DNA of 64,000 nucleotides. It comes from Solirubrobacterales bacterium. Its GTDB lineage: Bacteria > Actinomycetota > Thermoleophilia > Solirubrobacterales > 70-9. This document shows, piece by piece, positions 17,658 to 25,421 of this stretch. Numbering within the stretch: the first letter of the stretch is position 1; each line of letters opens with the position of its first letter. The notes below the pieces were generated by a model. The model made no database searches. It worked only from the letters and a program-made list of their open reading frames with translations, and was not told the DNA's origin. The position numbers were made by a program, and so were the translations under genes. The DNA is taken from contig JANWHW010000018.1 in assembly GCA_025450195.1 (NCBI GenBank), positions 3,174-67,173 on the forward strand. The letters run 5' to 3'.

Positions 17658-18278
17658 GTGGCGCGCTTCTCCCTACTGCCTCGAGATAGCACCTTCTTCG
17701 ATCTCTTCATTGAGGCTGGTCAGAACACCCTTCACGCCGCGCGCCTCTTGGATCAGATGATGGCCACATGGCCTGACGACGGGGGATTGTCGCGAGAGAT
17801 CCTCAAGGCCGAGCAGGAGGGCGATCGGATCACTCACGACATCGTCCAGCGCCTCAACTCGACGTTCGTTACGCCCATCGATCGCGAGGACATCTATGGG
17901 TTGGCGACACAGATGGACGACGTGGTCGACTACACCGAGGAAGCTGCTGATTTCCTTGGCCTGTACAAGATCGAAGCGCCCATGGCGCAGGCGCAGGCCC
18001 TGACCAAAGTGCTGGTCGGAGCGTGCGAGCAGCTTGCCGGTGCGTTGGAGCATTTGCGCGAGTTCAAGGGCCTCGATAAGTACTGGATCGAGATCCACCG
18101 GCTTGAGAACGAGGGCGACCGGATCTCTCGCGACGCCGTCGCGTCGCTGTTCTCCAATGGGATCGACCCGATGGTGGTGATTCGCTGGAAGGACATGTTT
18201 GCGGTGCTGGAGAACGCGATCGACGCGACTGAGACAGCTGCCCAGATACTCGAGGGCATCGTCATCAAGAACTCGTGA
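17658..18278 (+). CDS. DUF47 (PhoU-like) protein, putative PiT accessory regulator
   Basis: FFDLFIEAGQN...FVTPIDREDI...WKDMFAVLENAIDATE is the typical DUF47/TIGR00153 pattern, and the ORF overlaps the PiT gene. Confidence 0.88.
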   Translation: MARFSLLPRDSTFFDLFIEAGQNTLHAARLLDQMMATWPDDGGLSREILKAEQEGDRITHDIVQRLNSTFVTPIDREDIYGLATQMDDVVDYTEEAADFLGLYKIEAPMAQAQALTKVLVGACEQLAGALEHLREFKGLDKYWIEIHRLENEGDRISRDAVASLFSNGIDPMVVIRWKDMFAVLENAIDATETAAQILEGIVIKNS

Positions 18279-19387
18279 GCGCCGATGTAATTCTGGTGAT
18301 CGTCGTTGGCACAGCGCTCGCCTTCGATTTCACCAACGGCTTTCATGACACCGCCAACGTCGTCGCGACCTCGATCTCGACGCGGGCGGCAAGCCCACAG
18401 GTGGCGGTTGCGTTTGCTGCCCTGCTCAATTTCGTCGGCGCCTTCATCTCGATCTCGGTTGCGGCTACGGTGGCCAACGACGTCGTCGATGCCGCGGTAA
18501 TCACGCCGACCGTCGTTTTCGCAGGGCTGATCGGGGCGATTGCGTGGAACCTCATCACCTGGTCCTTCGGGTTGCCGTCGAGCTCTTCACACGCATTGAT
18601 CGGAGGTGTGGTCGGGTCGGCTGTCGCCGCATCGGGGCTTGACGCCGTGCTCGTCGACGGAGTGGTCGGCAAAGTGTTGGTTCCTGCCGTGATCGCGCCG
18701 CTGCTGGCCTTCACCGTCGCGGGTATCGCGATCGGGCTCTCCTACCGGATCGTGGGCGGCCAGCGGCCAGGGACGGTCACTCGAGGCTTTCGGTATGGCC
18801 AGATCGTCTCAGGGGGTCTGCTGGCACTCGCGCATGGAACCAACGATGCGCAGAAGACGATGGGGATCATCACGTTGGCGCTGATTGCCAACGGCACTCT
18901 CGGGGCCGGCGCCGACCCACCATTCTGGGTGATCGTCTCCTCGGCGGCTGCGATCGCGCTCGGCACTTACAGCGGTGGCTGGAGAATCATCAAAACGACC
19001 GGAACGCGGATCATCAAGATGGATTCGGCGCAGGGCTTTTCGGCGCAGGGTGCGGGGGCGGCGGTGATCTTGACCTCCACGCATTTCGGCTTCCCGCTCT
19101 CGACCACGCACGTGATCAACGGTGGGGTGATGGGTGCCGGGGCCGCGAAGCGGATCTCGGCGGTTCGTTGGGGGGTGGCCGGCAACATCATGATGGCTTG
19201 GCTGCTGACATTGCCTGCGGCTGCGGCCATAGGCGCGGCCGCCTATGGCGCTAGCCGGATCTTCGGTACCGGGGCGCTGGGTCCCGCGCTGGTTACGCTG
19301 GCGGCACTGTCCCTTGTTGTGGTCGCTTTCGCACGGCGATCGCAGCGAGGTGCCCCCGTGCCGGCGGGGGTTGAGGGCGGCTCATGA
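18275..19387 (+). CDS. pit: inorganic phosphate transporter, PiT family
   Basis: FDFTNGFHDTANVVATSI and AHGTNDAQKTMGII are the duplicated PiT signature. Confidence 0.93.
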   Translation: MSADVILVIVVGTALAFDFTNGFHDTANVVATSISTRAASPQVAVAFAALLNFVGAFISISVAATVANDVVDAAVITPTVVFAGLIGAIAWNLITWSFGLPSSSSHALIGGVVGSAVAASGLDAVLVDGVVGKVLVPAVIAPLLAFTVAGIAIGLSYRIVGGQRPGTVTRGFRYGQIVSGGLLALAHGTNDAQKTMGIITLALIANGTLGAGADPPFWVIVSSAAAIALGTYSGGWRIIKTTGTRIIKMDSAQGFSAQGAGAAVILTSTHFGFPLSTTHVINGGVMGAGAAKRISAVRWGVAGNIMMAWLLTLPAAAAIGAAAYGASRIFGTGALGPALVTLAALSLVVVAFARRSQRGAPVPAGVEGGS

Positions 19388-19605
19388 TCGAGACCAGCGA
19401 GTTGCTGCAGACGGTGATCGCCTCGGTGGTTGCCGGAGTGGGAGCGACCGTTGCCTTCGCGATCGCGATTTGGGGTGCGGCTCGGTTCGTTGACCTGAGT
19501 CGCAGCGAACGGTCGGTTGCGGCCGGTGCGGCAGCCGCAGTGGGCATCTTGGCCTTGGCGGTGACGCTGGCCGGGGTGGCGTTCGGCGTTCTCGCGATCG
19601 TCTAA
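19384..19605 (+). CDS. small two-TM membrane protein (hypothetical)
   Basis: ATGA overlap with the pit stop codon. Two hydrophobic helices. Confidence 0.5.
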   Translation: MIETSELLQTVIASVVAGVGATVAFAIAIWGAARFVDLSRSERSVAAGAAAAVGILALAVTLAGVAFGVLAIV

Positions 19606-19660
19606 GAACCTGCTTCAGAATGAGTGCGTTCTAAGGCCGGTTTCACGGTCGTACAATCGT

Positions 19661-20014
19661 TTGATGCGCATTGCTCGGAACGTCGCGATTGTCATGGCCC
19701 TCGCGTTCGTCGTGGCTTTTGTCCCGGCTGGCGGCAATGTGGCGATCCTCATCGTGACCGCGATCTCGATGGCATTTCTGGCGGCGATTGCTTGGGCCCT
19801 TTTTGTTTTCAGCCGTCAGAACCAGCTGACGCTGGCCGCGTTGAGCGACGGCCGCCGCGCGATCCTCTACGGAGCATTGGGCCTGATCGCGCTGTTGATC
19901 GCTGGTAGCGACGAGCTGTTCTCGAGCGGCCCCGGCACGCTGGCCTGGATCCTCTTGCTCGCTGCCGCGGTAACCGCCATCTGGCGGATCTGGACCGAAG
20001 CGAATACGTACTGA
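19661..20014 (+). CDS. four-TM membrane protein (hypothetical)
   Basis: 117-aa hydrophobic ORF with correct third-position G+C bias. Confidence 0.55.
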   Translation: MMRIARNVAIVMALAFVVAFVPAGGNVAILIVTAISMAFLAAIAWALFVFSRQNQLTLAALSDGRRAILYGALGLIALLIAGSDELFSSGPGTLAWILLLAAAVTAIWRIWTEANTY

Positions 20015-20118
20015 GTTCGGCTCGCCGGCACCCACTCGAGCCTTTCGAGACAGATTCGGCGCTCAAGGTTTTGACTTGATGCGCAACGCGTGAGCCATGG
20101 GCTGGCAGGGTCGCGAGG

Positions 20119-20475
20119 GTGCCGTCCCAGACCGTCAGGAGCTCGAGCCGTAGGGAGGGCGGAACCGCCTCGGTCGAGCTGATCGCGGTGATTCCGTTCC
20201 TGCTGTTGGCGGTTCTGGTGGCGGCACAGCTTGCCCTCGCCGGGCAGGCCCTGTGGTCGGCGGGGGTTGCCGCCAGGGCGGGGGCACGGGCCGCAGTGGT
20301 CGGGCGAGAGGCGAAGGCCGCGGCTCGTCAGGCGCTGCCCCCCTCGATGCGCCCTGGGGCGAAGGTGCGCGACGACGACGCCGTCTCGGTGCGGGTCTCG
20401 GTGCCTCGACTCCTGCCGGGGCTACCTCAGTTGACTGTGGAGGCTGAGACGGATCTGGGCTCCGGCGATGGATGA
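20119..20475 (+). CDS. TadE-like pseudopilin-type protein
   Basis: The N-terminus GGTASVELIAVIPFLLLAVLV carries the TadE/TadF-type motif (G..xVE + TM). Confidence 0.7.
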   Translation: MPSQTVRSSSRREGGTASVELIAVIPFLLLAVLVAAQLALAGQALWSAGVAARAGARAAVVGREAKAAARQALPPSMRPGAKVRDDDAVSVRVSVPRLLPGLPQLTVEAETDLGSGDG

Positions 20476-20836
20476 CGCCTGTCGACGATCTGGAGAGTCC
20501 ATGCGCCTGAGTGACTCGTCTGGTCAGGCTGCCATCGAGCTGGTGGCCGGCTTGCCTGCCCTGCTGCTTGCCGGCCTAGTCGCCCTCCAGCTTCTCGCCG
20601 CGGGCTATGCGCTGACCCTCGCCGATGGAGCCGCGGAGGCAGGTGCCTTGGCGCTTGCCTCTGGGCGGCCGGTTGTCCCCGCCGTCCGCGGCGCCCTGCC
20701 TGGCTGGGCTGAGAGCGACGTCGACGTTGTGGTGAGCGGCGGTGAGGTCACGGTCCGCGTTCGGGCCCCATCGCCGCTCCCGGCCGTTGAAGATCGACTC
20801 GCGATTGCGTCTTCGGCTGCCGCCAGACCGAGATGA
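20468..20836 (+). CDS. TadE-like pseudopilin-type protein (second copy)
   Basis: Carries GQAAIELVAGLPALLLAGLV. Overlaps the upstream ORF. Confidence 0.65.
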   Translation: MDDACRRSGESMRLSDSSGQAAIELVAGLPALLLAGLVALQLLAAGYALTLADGAAEAGALALASGRPVVPAVRGALPGWAESDVDVVVSGGEVTVRVRAPSPLPAVEDRLAIASSAAARPR

Positions 20837-21471
20837 GCGAAGCCGTAGTCCTTGTCACCAGAGTCGGCGCCGCAACAGGCTCGAAGGCTGCCGCCGCGGC
20901 TCTTGCCTGCGCTGCCTCGGAGCCCGACCGGGCGGGCCTGCTCATCGATCTCACCGATGCCCGCCCGCCTCGCCCTTCTTTGATCGCCACCGGGGCGGCC
21001 CGCGAGCTGGAGGAGCGGCTTGCGGTGCACTTGCCGAATGGGGGTGTCGCGTCGCGGGGGCAGACCTGTCATCTGGCGCTCCACACGGATACGAGCGTCG
21101 ATGATGTCGCAGGCGCTCTGCCCCTGGCACGAGAGTCGGTTGCAGTCGTTCACCTCCCGCCGCATCTTTTGCAGCCGATCTTGGATCAGGCTCCTTTTAG
21201 CCCTTCGGCGGCACTGCTTCGGGCCGATCTCCCAGAGGACCGGGCCTTGACCGCGCTTGCCGCTCGGGACTTGGCCCAGCGCAGCATCCGCGTCGTCGTG
21301 CTCAAGCAGCCGCTGGGCTGGGTTGCCTCTCGCCGTGCTCTGGCCGGCGTTTTGCCGGTCGGCTCGGGTGGAGGGCTCTCCGAGCGCTTGCTGGGGCGCG
21401 TGCTCGAGGAGCGTTGGCGGGCGCAGGGAGCGACGATGCCCGTAGGCGGCGGAGGTCACAGAATTGTTTGA
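20833..21471 (+). CDS. hypothetical protein with a degenerate P-loop-like N-terminus (TadZ/CpaE-like?)
   Basis: VVLVTRVGAATGSKAAAAALA...LLIDL resembles a decayed MinD/ParA-type fold. Overlaps the upstream ORF. The functional call is weak. Confidence 0.5.
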   Translation: MSEAVVLVTRVGAATGSKAAAAALACAASEPDRAGLLIDLTDARPPRPSLIATGAARELEERLAVHLPNGGVASRGQTCHLALHTDTSVDDVAGALPLARESVAVVHLPPHLLQPILDQAPFSPSAALLRADLPEDRALTALAARDLAQRSIRVVVLKQPLGWVASRRALAGVLPVGSGGGLSERLLGRVLEERWRAQGATMPVGGGGHRIV

Positions 21472-21514
21472 CTGAGCGCCCCACACGTGATCCGCGGCTC
21501 GGCACAGTGCGGGC

Positions 21515-22918
21515 ATGGCGGCGTTCAGGGGAGGCTCAGCTCGAGCACCTGCATGCAGATGCCCTCGAGGTCAGGGCGGACAGGCCACGCTCCTTGTCAT
21601 CGGGGCGGCATTTGTCCTCATCGCCGGGGCCTTTGCCCTGGTGGCGATTGCGGGGGCGATCACCGGGAAGGGTCGTGTGCAGCGCGCCGCCGACTTGGCC
21701 GCGGTCTCAGCCGCGCGGTCGATGCGAGACGACCTGCCGCGGCTGCTCGCCCCACCAACCTTGCCGAACGGCCTGCCGAACCCGATTCATTTGGAGAAGG
21801 CCGCCTACCTAATGCGGGCGCGCGCTGCGGCGCTTCAGGCGGCGAGAGCGAATGGCGTCGCGGCTGGGCGAGTGCGTATCTCGTTTCCCGATTTGGCCTC
21901 ATTCGCGCCGCTGCGAGCCAAGGCAGCTGTCATCGCCGATCTCGACGTCGGCGGCGGTCGCGGCACCGTGGAAGCATCGGCGGTCGCCGAAGCCTCCGCA
22001 CTGGCAGCGGCGATCGGCGGGATGCCGGCAATGGCCAGCGGTGGTGGCTACAGCGGCCGGCTCATCTATCGCCAGGGTGAGGGCATGCGGCCAGATGTAG
22101 CTGCCGCGTTCGATCGGATGGCGACCGCCGCCGTAGACGCGGGCATCGAATTGCTCCTCAGCTCGGGCTTTCGCTCCGACGCCGAGCAGGCGGCGCTGTT
22201 TGCGGCCCATCCCGATCCTCGCTGGGTCGCCCCGCCGGGGCAGTCGCTGCACCGTTGTGCGACCGAGCTGGACCTCGGCCCGGCATCTGCCTATGGCTGG
22301 CTGGCAGCAAACGCGAGCCACTTTGGCTTCGTTCAGCGCTACTCGTGGGAGGCCTGGCACTACGGCCTAGGCATCGGCCCCGCACCGTGCTCGGCGGCCG
22401 GCAACGCGGTTCGGGTGGGGGCGACGGCGATCGGCAAGGGCGCCGCCGGCGGGGGAGACGGAGCCCTTGCTGGGTCCGGTGGCCTTCCCTCTTTTGTGCC
22501 GCCCCGCTTTCGCGCGCCCCTGTTCCGATCGGCGGCGCATTGGAACGTCTCGGCTGCCCTGCTGGCCGCGCAGGTGATGGCGGAGTCGAACTTCAACCCC
22601 AATGCCATCTCTCCGGCCGGCGCCCAGGGCATTGCGCAGTTCATCCCCTCGACTGCCGCGGCATACGGCCTCGACGACCCTTTCGACCCTGTCGCGGCGA
22701 TCGACGCCCAAGCCCACCTGATGTCGGACCTGCTTCGCCAGCTTGGCTCAGCTCAACTCGCGCTCGCCGCCTACAACGCCGGCCCGGGCGCGGTCGAATC
22801 CTGTGACTGCGTTCCCTCGATCCCCGAGACCACCGCCTACGTCAGCCGCATCCTTGCCCTGCTTGGCGGAGCCGGCGTATTGGTCGCTCCAAGCTTCGAA
22901 GTGAGGTTGGTTGGGTAG
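21515..22918 (+). CDS. tri-domain protein: TadG-like N-terminal anchor, M15 (VanY-type) peptidase, and lytic transglycosylase (SLT)
   Basis: TadG-like: GQATLLVIGAAFVL...RVQRAADLAAVSAA. M15: PGQSLHRCATELDL...FGFVQRYSWEAWHY. SLT: QVMAESNFNPNAISPAGAQGIAQF...AAYNAGPGAV. Confidence 0.8.
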   Translation: MAAFRGGSARAPACRCPRGQGGQATLLVIGAAFVLIAGAFALVAIAGAITGKGRVQRAADLAAVSAARSMRDDLPRLLAPPTLPNGLPNPIHLEKAAYLMRARAAALQAARANGVAAGRVRISFPDLASFAPLRAKAAVIADLDVGGGRGTVEASAVAEASALAAAIGGMPAMASGGGYSGRLIYRQGEGMRPDVAAAFDRMATAAVDAGIELLLSSGFRSDAEQAALFAAHPDPRWVAPPGQSLHRCATELDLGPASAYGWLAANASHFGFVQRYSWEAWHYGLGIGPAPCSAAGNAVRVGATAIGKGAAGGGDGALAGSGGLPSFVPPRFRAPLFRSAAHWNVSAALLAAQVMAESNFNPNAISPAGAQGIAQFIPSTAAAYGLDDPFDPVAAIDAQAHLMSDLLRQLGSAQLALAAYNAGPGAVESCDCVPSIPETTAYVSRILALLGGAGVLVAPSFEVRLVG

Positions 22919-23054
22919 ATGCGATTGCCGGGATGCTGCGTGTGACTTAATGACGCGGTCCGGCACGGGAGCTCATTGCATCTATGGCACTGCAGACGAC
23001 TGAAAGTACGGCGGGGAGAATCCCTGCAGAGCGCTCTTTAGTGCTCAAGGCCTT

Positions 23055-23140
23055 GACAGAGCCATTAGAATTATTCGAGTTCCGAAGCACGTCGGAACTT
23101 CCAGTGGACCCGACGGGCGAATAATTCTAATGGCTCTTTC
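23055..23140. repeat. large nested inverted repeat (20-bp perfect arms)
   Basis: AGAGCCATTAGAATTATTCG (23058-23077) pairs with CGAATAATTCTAATGGCTCT (23118-23137), extendable to 23 bp with 1 mismatch. The 40-nt spacer holds a second hairpin, GTTCCGA...TCGGAAC. The sequence is A+T-rich relative to its flanks. Confidence 0.7.
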
Positions 23141-23258
23141 AAGAATGCGGCCCTTCGTTGCTATTCCGTCTGGCCCTGGTGTAGTTTCTTTCTCACGGGC
23201 TAAAGGTTTCAGAGTCTCCTAATGGCTTTACAGCCGTTTAGCCGATAAAGGAGTTGAC

Positions 23259-23426
23259 ATGGCACTTGATACCGATATCCGAGTTGCGACCAAGATCGAT
23301 AGCAACGATTTTGACGCTGCGCGGAGAGATTCCAAGGTCAACAAGCTTGTTGCCGACTCAAAGCACTACGGGAATGGCCTTCGCAAGAATGGCAAGGACC
23401 ATTCGCTGAGTCACTCCCCTAAGTAG
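23259..23426 (+). CDS. possible 55-aa basic protein (below the ORF-track cutoff)
   Basis: AAGGAG ribosome-binding site 7 nt upstream of the ATG. Translates to MALDTDIRVATKIDSNDFDAARRDSKVNKLVADSKHYGNGLRKNGKDHSLSHSPK. Its 3' end overlaps the convergent 205-aa ORF by 8 nt. Confidence 0.35.
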   Translation: MALDTDIRVATKIDSNDFDAARRDSKVNKLVADSKHYGNGLRKNGKDHSLSHSPK

Positions 23427-24036
23427 CACTTTCGCTCGCTGCCTCTAATCCTCGGTCGAATGGTCCCATATAGGGGCCCGTGAGCGGCAGGTAAAGGCGA
23501 TGCAATTCGCCTGCCTCGTCGACGGTCTGAGAGTTGCGAAGGCCCTTGTTACGCCACATCTGCTGGGTCTCCAAGTCGAATGGGTCTAAGGTGAGGATCG
23601 GGTTGCCCTGGATCCTGTTGACTTCGGTGGCTACGAAGATGGCGTGTCGCAAGGCGAGATCACCAGCACCTCCAGATGCTCGGCGATCTCGGGCTATCCA
23701 CTCGACGTGTGAGGACCCGAGTCGGCTACCCCCCTCGTGGCCCATCTGCTTCTGATGCTTCTCCGAGGTGACGATTGCCTCACCGGAGGTCAGTGCATAG
23801 AACGCCGCTATGTGGCCATGCGCGACCAAAATGCGCGTCACGCAGGTAGTTGTCTCCGCCGAGAGATCGCGGAGCCAAGCCGTTCCTTCCTGAGCTGCCT
23901 TCTCGTTTTTCGAATAGGCCTCAAACTCAGCAACTGCCTCCTTTAGCTCTTCTCGTTCCTCGGCGATCTGGAGGTTCCACTGGAACCACTCTCCGCTCTG
24001 GGCTTTCTCCAGGCTGATCTCCCAGTCCCCTGCCAC
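23419..24036 (-). CDS. hypothetical protein, C-terminal half GNAT-acetyltransferase-like by eye
   Basis: 205-aa ORF in the lower-G+C patch. HIAAFYALTSGEAIV...VEWIARDRRASGGAGDLALRHAIFVATEV...LTLDPFD resembles GNAT beta4-alpha3 and C-terminal elements. Unverified. Confidence 0.6.
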   Translation of the reverse strand: MAGDWEISLEKAQSGEWFQWNLQIAEEREELKEAVAEFEAYSKNEKAAQEGTAWLRDLSAETTTCVTRILVAHGHIAAFYALTSGEAIVTSEKHQKQMGHEGGSRLGSSHVEWIARDRRASGGAGDLALRHAIFVATEVNRIQGNPILTLDPFDLETQQMWRNKGLRNSQTVDEAGELHRLYLPLTGPYMGPFDRGLEAASESAT

Positions 24037-24162
24037 TGGCCGCAGATAATGTCTAAGTTGGGTAGGTGATGTCTTGTCGGCCGGGAGACGATCTTGTGCG
24101 CTGGCGATGATGCAGGAAAGCTTGAGCTCACGAGGTTTTCGCCTGCCCTAGACTGCCACGCG

Positions 24163-24636
24163 ATGGCAACAGTGGAGGTACAAGGGATCGAGGGCATGCA
24201 GTCGCTGCTCGGGCAGGAGATTGGCCCGAGCGAGTGGCGCACCGTCACCCAGGAGGACATCGACACCTTCGCGAAGCTCTCCGGCGACGATCAGTGGATC
24301 CACGTCGACGTCGAGCGGGCGAAGAACGAGAGTCCGTTCGGTACGACCATCGCCCACGGCAACCTGACCCTCTCACTGGTCGACGGGTTCCGCAAAGAGA
24401 TGATCTCTTCGACCGGCTTCGCGCTCGGCGTCAACTACGGCTGGAACAAGATCCGTTTTCCGGCCCCGGTGCCCGTGGACGCCCGAGTGCGCGGCCGCGC
24501 CGAGGTTGTTTCAATCGACGAGAAGGGCGGCGGCTGGTACGAGGTCGTCACTCGCTTCACCCTCGAGGTCGAGGGCAACGAGAAGCCCTGCTTCGTGGGC
24601 GACTCGGTTACGCGCGTGATGGCGCCAGCCGTCTGA
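24163..24636 (+). CDS. MaoC-like (R)-specific enoyl-CoA hydratase / hotdog-fold dehydratase
   Basis: VTQEDIDTFAKLSGDDQWIHVDVERAKNESPFGTTIAHGNLTLSL is the MaoC dehydratase signature. The ATG at 24163 is preferred over the upstream alternative start. Confidence 0.88.
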   Translation: MATVEVQGIEGMQSLLGQEIGPSEWRTVTQEDIDTFAKLSGDDQWIHVDVERAKNESPFGTTIAHGNLTLSLVDGFRKEMISSTGFALGVNYGWNKIRFPAPVPVDARVRGRAEVVSIDEKGGGWYEVVTRFTLEVEGNEKPCFVGDSVTRVMAPAV

Positions 24637-24656
24637 CCAGAAGGCACCTGGGGCCG

Positions 24657-25352
24657 ATGGCTGATCCAGTTTCGGTGGCCGCCATTGCGAAGGCAAGCCA
24701 AGCGGCGCTTGCTGATTCCGGGGCTGAGGTTGAGGCTTTTACCTCTCAGATCACTGGAGCACCGCGTAAGGAGCTCGGGGCGTGGTTCTCAGATCACATC
24801 CGCCTTCGACGGATGAGGTCGCAGCTCAAGATTCTCAAGAAGGCACAGGAATACGCCGAGGAGGCGGGCTTTGAGCCAGGTGTCGTGAATATGAACCTGC
24901 TCGTGCCTCTGCTTGAGGCAGGGTCTCTAGAGGAGGACGAGGGAATGGCAGACCGCTGGGCCGCTTTGCTTGCAAATGCAGCGGGGCGCGACGCTGGGGT
25001 CTATGAGGTTCCTCCGAGTTTTCCGGATGTCCTGCGGCAGCTGTCTCCAAAGGAGGCCGCGCTCTTGGATGCCGTGTATGAGGCGGCGATTCAGCATCCT
25101 CCTGAGGAATGGTCGCATCGGGGAGCGCTGGCGGCTGCTGCACAACAGTTTGTTGACATGAATGACGAGGAGTTCGCGGTGGGTAAGCAAAATCTGATCC
25201 GACTTGGTCTTTGCAGAGACCCTGCTAATGGGTTCGAGTTCACCGATCAAGATTTCAAGTACCAAATCGTTGATTCTCACCTGATTTGCCTCACGCGGTA
25301 TGGAGCGGCATTTGTAAGGGCATGTCGGACTCCTAGCCCGAATTCATCGTGA
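24657..25352 (+). CDS. Abi-alpha / DUF4393-like protein (putative abortive-infection family)
   Basis: The in-frame ATG at 24657 lies within the 24234..25352 ORF. IRLRRMRSQLKILKKAQEYAEEAGFEPGVVNMNLLVPLLEAGSLEEDEGMADRWAALLANAA resembles the family pattern from memory. Confidence 0.6.
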   Translation: MADPVSVAAIAKASQAALADSGAEVEAFTSQITGAPRKELGAWFSDHIRLRRMRSQLKILKKAQEYAEEAGFEPGVVNMNLLVPLLEAGSLEEDEGMADRWAALLANAAGRDAGVYEVPPSFPDVLRQLSPKEAALLDAVYEAAIQHPPEEWSHRGALAAAAQQFVDMNDEEFAVGKQNLIRLGLCRDPANGFEFTDQDFKYQIVDSHLICLTRYGAAFVRACRTPSPNSS

Positions 25353-25367
25353 GATAGGTCCGACATG
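25321..25367. terminator. hairpin between convergent genes, spanning the stop codon of the Abi-alpha-like ORF
   Basis: CATGTCGGAC (25321-25330) and GTCCGACATG (25358-25367) form a 10-bp perfect stem. There is no clear U-tract. Confidence 0.4.
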
Positions 25368-25421
25368 ATGTTGCAGTGACCCAGCGATCTATGATCGCCT
25401 CAGCGTAGCGCCGCCTCGTTC

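Noticed and set aside
21487-22080. 197-aa and 132-aa alternative-frame ORFs (21487..22080 and 21414..21812) at the start of the TadG-like gene
   Set aside because: They are Arg/Gly/Cys-rich frames overlapping the 21515..22918 ORF. That ORF carries the TadG-like, M15 and SLT motifs in one continuous frame.
24234-24656. N-terminal 141 codons of the 372-aa ORF 24234..25352
   Set aside because: They overlap the MaoC dehydratase gene out of frame and read as Arg-rich low-complexity sequence. The believable protein begins at the in-frame ATG at 24657.
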